Positions 28,001-40,000 of a DNA stretch of 64,000 bases are shown piece after piece (positions within the stretch are counted from its first letter, which is position 1; every line of letters starts with the position of its first letter). The position numbers and the translations under genes were made by a program. Source of the stretch: Haliotis rufescens (Eukaryota). The DNA is taken from the NCBI RefSeq assembly GCF_023055435.1, contig NW_025963791.1, positions 37,386,001 to 37,450,000 of the forward strand, written 5' to 3'. Under the pieces are notes generated by a model, which saw only the letters and a program-made list of their open reading frames with translations, made no database searches and was not told the origin of the DNA.

Positions 28001-31000
28001 ATCATGGTCAATACAGACCCATCTCTGTCTTACAGAAAATGAAACAAAATCACTTTCATATTTATATTCAATATAAGGCCAAAGTGATATTTAATTAACT
28101 TTTCATCCATTCTTTTCAAAATGAGATAAGAAGCATTTGATTATTTAAATTACACTTAGCAAGAAACTGATCATGTCATTTCAGATAAGCAATCTTATTA
28201 TACCTGTCAATGGATCAGTGTTCACTCTTATTTCATTCTCAGCTCCCTGGGGAGTATACAACACAAGCTGCCTATGAGGCACTAGAAGGTTAACAGCCAC
28301 ATTGCAAGGCACCCACTCACTGCTGGGTGGACAGAGGCATATTTCGAACAAAGTCACTTGCATGACCGAATGACCAAAGTCTCACCAAATGACCAAAGTC
28401 TCACTGAAAGACCAAAGTCTCACCATGTGACCCAAGTCTCACCATGTGACCAAAGTCTCATCATGTGACCAAAGTCTCACCAAATTACCAAAAGTCTCAC
28501 CGTATGACCAAAGTCCGCTTCAACTCCAATTTCTTTCGTCTGGACGAGGTAATTCTTGACAACGGCCGACCCTAAAGGGGCAGACCACTCTATTTCAGCA
28601 GTGGAACTTGTCACAGACTTCAAAGCCACGAAGCGGGGAGCACTTGGCAAGTTACCTACAGCAAAGTACATATTATGATTGGTATTTTGCTTCGTAATCA
28701 ATACTTGATGCATGTTGCTACGGATCAACTTGACCAAGTTTAATTATTATGACGTGTGCATTTCCCTGAATTCGCTGAGGATGAGGGGCAGGGGTGATGG
28801 GCAGGGGTGAGGGGTGGGGGACAGGGGTGGGGTACAGGGATGGATGAGAGGGGTGGGGATGAGGGGTTGAGGTACTTACTGTATCCCTGCTGTACGCAGG
28901 CATTTATGATGTGCATATGAAGGACACAATGGGTGTGGTTCCAGGAGAGGGGTGGGGGACAGGGGTGGGGTGAGGGGTGGGAGAGAGGGGTGGGGATGAG
29001 GGGTTGAGGTACTTACTGTATCCCTGCTGTACACAGGCATTTATGATGTGCATATGAAGGACACAATGGGTGTGGTTCCAGGAGAGGGGTGGGGGCGACC
29101 CACTGCAGAGTCCAAGACACACATCTGGGACTTTGTTACTCATACAACACGGGGTGTGGTTACGTCCTCCTGAAACAGAAACAATGTAACACTCATTTTG
29201 TCTTGCATTGAAATGTTACTTTGGTGAAGTTGGTTTCAGTTCTCAATGACCAAGTGCACAATTCTATGGTCCAATGAACCAATAGATAATGTGCTATGTC
29301 AGATAGAGAGTCAATATATGTTATATCAGACCTTGCTGCTTAACAAAAGATGACATCAGACCTACCGGCCAGAGAATGGACGATGTCATCAGACCTACCT
29401 TCAAGACAATGGATGATGTCATCAGACCTACTTGCCAGACAATGATAGATGACATCAGACCTACCTGCCAGACAATGGAAGATGACATCAGACCTACCTG
29501 CTAGACAATGGAAGATGGCATCAGACCTACCTGCCAGACAATGGAAGATGACATCAGACCTACCTGCTAGACAATGGAAGATGACATCAGACCTACCTGC
29601 CAGAAAATGGAAGATGACATCAGACCTACTTGCCAGACAATGGAAGATGACATCAGACCTACCTGCCAGACAATGGAAGATGACATCAGACCTACCTGCC
29701 AGACAATGGAAGATGGCATCAGACCTACCTGCCAGACAATGGAAGATGACATCAGACCTACCTGCCAGACAATGGAAGATGGCATCAGACCTACCTGCCA
29801 GACAATGGAAGATGGCATCAGACCTACCTGCCAGACAATGGAAGATGACATCAGACCTACCTGCTAGATTGTGGAAGATGACATCAGACCTACCTGCCAG
29901 AAAATGGAAGATGACATCAGACCTACCTGCCAGACAATGGAAGATGACATCAGACCTACCTGCCAGACAATGGAAGATGACATCAGACCTACCTGCCAGA
30001 CAATGGAAGATGGCATCAGACCTACCTGCCAGACAATGGAAGATGACATCAGACCTACTTGCCAGACAATGGAAGATGGCATCAGACCTACCTGCCAGAC
30101 AATGGAAGATGGCATCAGACCTACCTGCCAGACAATGGAAGATGACATCAGACCTACCTGCCAGAAAATGGAAGATGACATCAGACCTACCTGCCAGACA
30201 ATGGAAGATGACATCAGACCTACCTGCCAGACAATGGAAGATGACATCAGACCTACCTGCCAGACAATGGAAGATGTTGTCAAGCTGGGAGTAACACTGG
30301 GAGAGCGAGTCTGGGTTGAGCATGCGCCAGGTGGAAGACTGACAGAGTTTGACCTGACAGTACGTCGAGACACCGCGATTCTGGCAACAGGCTGGAACAA
30401 AGCTACCCCATCACTAACAACAACATGGATTTCATGCTATTTCAAACCAGTTGGTCAAAGGCCACATTTTAATAAAAAAATTGTTGCAGGAATTTTTGCT
30501 ATAACAGTGAATTTCCTGTGGCAGTGTCTTGATACAAGCTTGCTTATATAACAATCAAACCTGTGCAGGGACAGTTTACATGTCAGGTGTACGGCAATCC
30601 GCAGATTCTGGAGGTTATGAGATATTCCTACTGAAACCAGACTGCTATGAATATTCAGTTGTTCAGATATTGTAAATCTTTGACGTTATTATTTACATGA
30701 TCAATGGCTGCTTTATTAATGCCATCCAGTGATCATTCTAAGTAAACAGCTGCAACTGTTTGTACATCCTACAGAGTCTAATTTTCAAGAAATATACTGT
30801 AATAATATTGTCCCTGTTAATTAATAAACCATCAAACGTAACTCTTGTATATGGGCCTTGAACACTATAAACCACTTTGACTATATGCTTACCATTGATA
30901 TCAGCCGACTGATTGGTGGTGGGTGTACCTGTCAACAGGGGACAAAATGGATGACATCAGTTCCTTTGATGAGCTGAGAATGTTTGTTGAGATATTATTT

Positions 31001-34000
31001 GTATTTTGCTAGTAGTGTCACAACACAAGATCACGGCAATGAGATTGCATCATAATGTTTTGCAGACCATTGTGATGTCATTGGTTACCATGACAGCACT
31101 CACAATGGACATCACTAATCTCTCTGAAACTGGTTAGCTGTACTTTCTCTTCTGACACTGGTCATTACTGTTTATAAACTGAAAAAGTTGATCAATAGAA
31201 TCTCATCCTTGTGCCTTAGGACACAAAAAATATCAACAATCTAGGGCTGGGACGGGTAACTCGGGTACTCGGGTACTCGGGTCGGTGGGTAGTGGGAAGG
31301 ACCCGGATACCACCAGGACTACCCGGACCCATGGTTTGTCATGTGATATATTGTTTAATGACAAAAATGATCTAGAACTATATTTGTTCCACTACAAGTC
31401 ACTAATGTTCGCATTTCTTTCTGACGTTGCACCCATTCCTTCTGACTTTTATATGTCAATAAAGATAAAACTTCAGTCAACTTCAGTGTATGCATGACCA
31501 GATCATGTTATACGTGTATCTAAATACATTTTGTCCAGTGCTACGGTCAACTATTCCCAATCGGACATTTTGTACCTATTTGTTGAGATCTGCAGTGGTT
31601 ATCCGGGTAGGGTCAGGTAATAGGGGGGTGGGTACCTGGGTAGTAAATTTGGACTCGTCCCAGCCCAACAACAATCATCACCAAAGGTTTAGCATTACTC
31701 GACAAGCCTCAGAGTCTTCAACTGTTGTTGACTTGTGTTGATATATTTGAAATGGGTGAGATTCTCCATGCATCAATGGGCTTCACAATGTAAACCATTC
31801 TTGAAGGCAGAGATACTCACATGCAGTGATCAGCACTATGTTTTTCTGAAATCTAGTTTTAACGGGGAGTGTAAAACGAAAAAATAAATAAACTAACGTC
31901 CACAGTATCATTACCAGTTTGACCAGTACAGACAGTAAGAATGACAGTCATCCTTCATGAGCATCTTGACACGAGACTCACCCATGCTGGTCGTGGTCAC
32001 ATGTCTCTCGGAGGGCTGACTGGACCCGTACTGACCAATGGCTGTCACATAGATCACATACTCCTTGTCCCCCTCCAGGCCCATCAGGGTGTACTGGGTG
32101 GCGTTAGCAGAAATCAACCCAGACTGAAATAACAACAACAATAATAGTGAGTGAGTTGGGTTTAACGCCGCTTTTAACAGTATTCCAATTATATCGCGGC
32201 GTGTCAGCTTAATGTGGGAGGAAAGCTCGAAGTGATGCAGGTCTCAGACGTTTACCACTTCGGTGAAACCCACAAGCACGGGTATGGTGCTGACAAACTT
32301 AGAAATATAATTGGGGCGAACCGGGATTCGAACCCACAATCATAGGTTTCTGGCGTGCCCAAGGGACGCAACTCTGCACAGCGAATCGTGGCGCCTTAGA
32401 CGACTGGGCCAACCGTGCCCCCACACTAATAATAATAGTGATAATCATCATGATGATGACAACAACAACACTGAACCACCACGAAACATGCAAATTTCAT
32501 AAATATGAAATGTAGTGTAGCCATTTTGATATTATTTGATATGTTATGTCTTCTAAAGATGACATTAGGTCATAACATAACAAACATGGTTTGTGATTTG
32601 AGTTGAAATGTTTGGCACCAGGGCATGCTGTACAGGCCTATTGAATGCATGACATTGGTCCGGTGAAGATATGGGTGAGAATAGATCTTCAGCAACCCAT
32701 TCTTGCCGTAAGAGGCGCCTATATGCTTGTCGTAAGAGGCGCCTATATGCTTGTCGTAAGAGGCGCCTCTATGCTTGTCGTAAGAGGCGCCTCTATGCTT
32801 GTCGTAAGAGGCGACTAATAGGATAGAGTGGTCAGGCTCGCAGACTTCGATAATGCATGTCATTGTATCCCTACTGCGTGGCTCGATGTCCATGATTTCA
32901 ATTACTGCCGTCATATAGCTGGAATATTGCTGAATGCTGTGTTAATCAACAAACAAACAAAAAACAAAGAGCATGACATTGCTTAGAAGTTGAAGGATGA
33001 CAAAGTAGACACAATTTATGGATAACAACAGTATTAAAGAAGTATTACAGAAATTGTTATCCATAAATTGTGTCTACTTTGTCACATGGAGAAAGGTTTC
33101 AGCACCACAAACAACACCAAAGATTGGCCACACGGTGGATATCCTGGAGTGATCACATGTTGCCAACATACAGACAACTGCATCAGTAACATCTGCAGAA
33201 CAGGTCCAAACTGCAGGCAAAACAGACCAATGGCAGCTATCAGGCCCATCAATGATGATAATGTGTTCCCTGCAATTGCGCTCTTCAATATAGAGCTATC
33301 TCTGTCATAGCGCGCGGTAAAGCCGGGCTCCCAAAATTTACTAACATTTTTAACTAACTCAAATTTTCCAATGACACGATGTTTTCCCCCATCTCAGAAA
33401 ACATTATCAGCTGATCACCCCAATCGCTTAACATGAAATACCAGTCAACAAATCCAAACTGAAGTATGCAAAAAATGTGTTCATTGTTATCTGGACTAAT
33501 GTTTGCAATATATTTAATTCATTTTATTCAAAATTTCAATCAATAATTATGATAATGTTTAAAATAACTTTGGCGAAATCCAATGCGAAGTGATCGGTAG
33601 ATCACACAACTCCTGCTACCTGCTAGTTGCACATACTGCTGGTCAGCTCAGTTAGCTGTCCTCAGAATTATTGTAATTTGGGGTTAATAATGGGGTTTAA
33701 CGTCGCGTCCATTAACGTCATGTCCAAGATTATTGCACTTATATAGTGACGTGCATGCACGTGTGTGTGTGTGTGGCTGCTTGTACTAGACCAGACTGAT
33801 GCTGATTTATGGTGCTAGCTCACTGAGATACCATGCCGCAGTTTAACATGAATACCCCACTCAGTCACAGTATACTGACTCCAAGCCGACCAGTCCTTGT
33901 TTAAGCCCCTTAATGACGAGCGCCAGACAGGGTAACAACAAATACCATCTTTTAACGTCTTTTGGTATGACGCGGCCGGGGATCAAACTCCGGACCTTCC

Positions 34001-37000
34001 GCTCTCCGAGCGGAGGCTCTACCACTAGACCACGGAGGCAGTCTAATTATTGTAATGATAAACAACCTGATTATGACCAAATTCTTTTGCTGCCAAGTTC
34101 TGGATGTAACGAAGCAGATGGAAAGTATCTCTAAACAGACTACTAAATCGTCTACTTACTGACATATAAACCTCTGACGACGTCAGCTTGTAGGACACCC
34201 TGTAGTTTGTCACAACAGAAGGGTTTTTAGTGGTAGGATGCCAGTTGACCAGAATGATGTTGATAGGAAGTGACAGCACAGAGACCTCTGTTGGTGGACC
34301 AGGCAGCAAAACTAAGGGGAGAATACACAGTCTGAATAACTGAAACTTAGTAACCATTCATTTAGTTTTCGCAACTAGTGAGTGAAAGAAAGAGAGTCAG
34401 GCTACGACAGTTAAACATGGCTGAGGTTGTAAACACTCTATGGAGACAAGTGTCACCCATTGTGACTTCTGATAAACAGACTTGTTTACATGAAACTGAT
34501 TATCCTTTTCTAAATGTTGTGTGTCATTTAGGGCTTATTAGTGTCGTTGGTCTGTGAAAACTTTACAACAACAAAAAAACAACCTAGCATTCATAATACA
34601 TTTCTGTCAAGTGCTAATCTCAAAATATGCATACAAAGATCACTGTCTGTGTGATAGCACTAGCATAAAGCAAGCCATCTTGAGTTAATTAAAGTCATAA
34701 CTGGAGTAATCTTGAAAATTATCTAAACATTTCAAAACATTCAATTGGCTAGTGTAGAGGCCATTTTGAATCTACGATGGATGGATTGAGATTTAATACC
34801 GCTTTCAGCAATATTCTCGCAATATCATCACAGGGAACACAAAGATAGGGGGGAGTTAACACATTCACCATCGAGCTACCCTACCGATATGGAGCACACA
34901 ACCTATAGGCCTGACCTTGTCCTTCTTCAAAGCAAGAGATGATATCGGTGGTCATGTTGAGGCACACCAGGTGGCTGACAGTGAGTGGAGGGGGGTTGTT
35001 CATGCAGAAGTCAGTGCAGATGTCAGGGATGAGGCGACGGTGACAGCAGCTGGCATGGTTCCGCGAATCTGAATGAAAAAAAGAAATACAACTTTAGATG
35101 CATGTTTTGAAGGAGAAAGTAGCAAACAATAAGCAGATAAACCCCTTAATAATGTCTTTCTATGTCAGTCTGTGTAGACTAGTGGCTCTTACCCACACAC
35201 TGTTGTGTGTCTGTTTGTTTGTTTGTTTGTTTGTTGTTTAAAGCCACACTGGGCAATATTCCAGCTATATGGTAGCAGTCTGTAAATAATGGAGTCTGGA
35301 CCACACAGTCCAGTGATTGACATCATGAGCATCGATTCATGCAATTGGGATATGATGACATTCATTAAACAAGTCAGCGAACCTGACACCCGATCCTGTT
35401 AGTCGCCTCTTATGACAATCATAGTCACCTTTTACAGCAAGCATGGGTCTGTTGTGTGTCTGACCTCCTGATCCAATCGGTCACCTCATATAGCCAGCAT
35501 AGGTTGTTGTGGACCAACACAGGGACCTTCTTTATAAACCACCAATACACATTGGTTCTGGGAAACCCCCTCCTCAGTCAAATGAATACACCTCTTGGTG
35601 AATTTACCTTGATTAAATATATACTACTCAATGCACGTTTACCCGATTATTTCATATTACTAAAGTCTATCAAGACATGACAGTTGAACAACAGTAACAT
35701 GAAAGAATCAGGTGTCCTTCAACTTCTTTTGAGTAGTATAGAATTAAGTTTTAAACAATTCAGGACTTCTGTGACAAGTCTATCACTTTTCAAAACTCAG
35801 TGAAGTACATTAGATCAGCAAATACAGCATCTTACCGGAGAAGCAGTGTAGCAGCTTGTTTAGGTCAAGGGGACACGCCTGGAGTGGGTTCAACGAGGCC
35901 TGACTGACAACGCCAGGTGTGCAGGCGGGCAGGCAGGACGCGGACACGTTCTGTTGGACACAACAATCTGTAACAGACAAAACACACGACTCCATTATCA
36001 TGATCCTCATTTCTAACCTCATCATCATGCCTCACATGTGGGGTGCATCCAAGAAGTCAACGTCTGAGTGCGTGGGGGCGGTGGGATAGCCTAGTGGTTA
36101 AAGCATTCGCTTGTCACGCCAAGACCCGGGTTTGATTCCCCACACGGGTACAATGTGTAAAGCCTATTTCTGATGTGCCCAGCCATGATATTGCTGGAAT
36201 ATTGCTAAATGCGGCTTAAAACCATACTGAGTGAGTGAGTGAGTGAGTGAGTGAGTGAGTGAGTGAGTGAGTGAGTGAGTGAGTGAGTGAGTGAGTGAGT
36301 GAGTGAGTGAGTGAGTGAGTGAGGCAACTCTTCAAAGCTAATTGTGGCAACTTAGACGACATTGGACAATGGAGCCAGACCTTGGTTTGATTTGTTGGTT
36401 AAAAGCGACTTCATCGCCAAGCAGATGCAAAGGTGATGCACAAAGTGCACAAGATGTGAAGCATCGCGACATACTCCAACATCCACATCATGTGAATGTA
36501 AGTGAACACGTTTCGATAACACCACGGCCTGTTTATTCATAATGTGTGGAAACCATGTTTTTTTTTCATAATCATAAATTATTCACTTTGTTCAACTTGT
36601 ACAGGGGGCGGTGGGGTAGCCTAGTGGTCAAAGCATTCCCTCGTCACGCCGAAGACCCGGGTTCGATTCCCTACATGGGAACAATGTGTGAAGCCCAATT
36701 CTGGTGTCCCCCCGCCATGATATTGCTGGTATATAGCTAAAAGTGGCCAAAAGAAACCATACCCACTACTCAACATGTACAGAAAGCATACACTTTAGAA
36801 ATTTCCTATTGTTACCTGTGAAGTTTGCTGGCTCTGGAGTGATTTTTGGCAGGTAAGGTGCACCTGTAAATGATGCACACAAATGATTGATATAACCACA
36901 ACATACTGTTGACCTGTACAATAAGGATATACTTTTCTTACACCATGGTTAGCAATAAATGTGTACAAATAACTCAAGTCTAATTTCACTTTGAGAAACA

Positions 37001-40000
37001 CCCTGACAGATCTCATTTCCACACTAATATATCCAGTGAAACAAATCTTTGAAACTTGAAAAACCTTGTAAAACCCTGACGGAGCACCAATAATCACACA
37101 TCTAACTGATAACACTTTACAAGAAACTACTGTGCCTAAATGCCTGGAGGAAAAATAGCATGAGAGTGACATAAATTTGATAAAAGAAAATAGTAACTGA
37201 AATTGTCCTGGGAGTAGTTGTACAAAACAACCCTAGCGCTACAGCTGTTGTAAGGCTATGTTAAAGTGTCAGAGTTACGATCTCCTTAGCGCTAAGATGG
37301 CCTTGTACACCGGCATGCAGGTGGATAAGATAATGGATAGAACAGCTCCTGGGATGCAACCTTACCTTGCACTTGAAGTTTCTGAATCACTGCCACCTTA
37401 CTGGTTGTCCCACTCACGTAACACCGATATTGGCCGGCGTCTGTTATCTTCAAATCTGTTATCTGGAGATTCAACTGCCGAGCTGCTGAATTGTCTGGAA
37501 ATATTAACACTCAGTTTCTGTTTTGTACTGACACCATTCAGAGGCTTTGTGTCTCTCATTGAAAAAGAAAACTGGATGAAGCTCTAATTCAAATATACGA
37601 ATACTGGTACAGTTAGAGAAATATACGCAACTAAACCCTTTCAATAATCATGAGAAATCTTTGATAACAGCAGAGTCCTTTTTATGAATCTGACTACAGT
37701 CAAGTCTCATTAATCCAACAATAGACACTAATGATGGGAACCGAATAAATCAGTGCTATGTCGACCCACTAATCCGACGGTCTTGCACTCGGACTCCGAC
37801 ACACGTAATTTGCAATGAATTAGTCTTGTTAATCCGACACAGTGATCAGCATACTCCGTGGTCAACTGCACGTGAGTACACAGAACTGTGTTTTGATGCG
37901 AGACAAGTCGGCTAGTAGCTGCATATTACAACAGCTGCAGAGATAAACTCGCTTTACAATAAATTAATGCTTTAAATACACAAAACAGGATTAATCACGA
38001 GGTTCTCAGAATCTGTGCTCATCTTACCAATAGGAGATAAAAACCCGTATTTCCCTTGCATTGTAACCAGGACAGTCCTTCCTTGAGATATTTGAGTATT
38101 GTGTTCCACAAATAACCAGTTAATCTGAAATAAAATATTGCAAGATGTCAGGTAACAAAATGTCTTGTAACAAAATGAGTGCGTGAGTTGGGTTTAACGC
38201 CGCTTTTAAAAGTATTCCAGTTATATCATGGCATGTCAGCTAATAGTGAGAGGAATGCCAGAAGGTCCCTAACGTTTACCACTTCGGTGAAACCCACCAG
38301 CACAGGTATGGTGCTGACAAACCTAGAAACATAATCGGGGTGAACCTGTAACAAAATGAACATACATAGTAGTAATACCCAGACAGTCCACAGTAGCAAC
38401 CTCAGTGGCGCTAGTACAGTTACTGAGTGAATAACACCATCAGTAATAGTACAGTTACACCTTGACAGCCTGGTGTCCGAGCTACCAGGACAACCAGTTA
38501 CCATTTCAATGGAATAAGCAATGGTTTTTGCTGGATGCAAACGACCGTGTCCTATACTTATAAAATTTAAAGAAGGGAGTGCAAATAATAAATACTGCAA
38601 GTGCACTTGGATATGGGCAGCCATTCGGTGAAAAAATACAAAGTTGAAAAAAAGGACAAAAGTACGCAATTAAGGTCAAATATATGAATAAAGAACTAAA
38701 TGTTACTAAAGGTCAAAATACAATATTAATAGTCAAATGTTACGAAAAGACGTCATAAGAAAAGAAAGAACAATGTGTACGGAAGAATGTCAGTGAGCAC
38801 GAAAGGACGTTTTCAATAAAGAACGTCTGTGAGCACGAAAGGATGTTGACAATAAAGAACGCCAGATGGCTGCAATTTGTAAAACATTCCGAGTATAATC
38901 GGCTTGTTCCGACCTGTATAGTACATGATAACTGCATGCCGAGGTGCACAATGTATTACGTCATTCCTCGTGCACTCACCGTCTGACGTCACACATATAT
39001 ATACATGTATTTATAATGTATAATGTACACATTGTGTATAAACATGTCTTTGTCACCGCTTAAGGGCCTTTTCATAAATACAGTATACTGTGTAATCCAA
39101 CATCTGCCTAAAATTGGTACATGTATTTTGTATACAACCTTCAAAAAACACTCACTTAACGCTAAACTAGGATTCATCTACAGTGATCCAATAACTGTTC
39201 ATGCTTGGTGCAACATGAGGGTTCTATGATGCAGAGTTTTGTTTCAGACGCACATTTTCATCTGAAAAGTGAACGTTGTGCGAGAGTTTGTTATATTTAA
39301 CAGCTTTTCGGAAACTGTGTGCGAACAAAAAGCTGCCTAATATCTGAACAGCAAATATATATACCAAATGGATTTGTATGCATATGTATAACTTACACAT
39401 TCGTTTGGAAAAATAGTTCGCCATAAATAAAGAAAATCGAGTTTCATCTATGACCCCAGTGTTCGTTTTCAAACCATATTTATTTCGCTTGTTTACATCC
39501 ACATTTATATGTGTGACGTCAGACGGTGAGTGCACGAGGAATGATGTAATACATTGTGCACCTCGGCATGCAGTTATCATATACACAGCGGAACAAGCCG
39601 ATTAAACTCGGAATGTTTTACAAATTGCAGCGCCATCTGGCATTCTTTATTGTCAACGTCCTTTCGTGCTCACTGACGTTCTTTATTGAAAACGTCCTTT
39701 CGTGCTCACTGGCGTTCTTTATTGAAAACGTCCTTTCGTGCTCAATGACGTTTTTTCGTACACATTGTTCTTTCTTTTCTTATAACGTCTTTTCGTAACA
39801 TTTGACTATTAATATTGTATTTTGACCTTTAGTAGTAACATTTAGTTCTTTATTCGTCATATTTGACCTTAATTGTGTACTTTTGTCCTTTTTTTTCAAC
39901 TTTGTATTTTTTGACCGAATGGCTGCCCATACTTGGAGGCAAAAGAGCAAGTATAATAGAAAGATTAAAACTATTTAAATTGAAACATGATTGTCAGTTT

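Noticed and set aside
29449-30551. Plus-strand ORFs (MTSDLPARQWK)n and (MEDDIRPTCQT)n
   Set aside because: Alternative frames of the 33-bp donor array; only the minus-strand exon 11 frame has biological context.
36605-36680. Possible tRNA gene
   Set aside because: A/B boxes continue into a SINE body and tail found in many dispersed copies; no complete acceptor stem.
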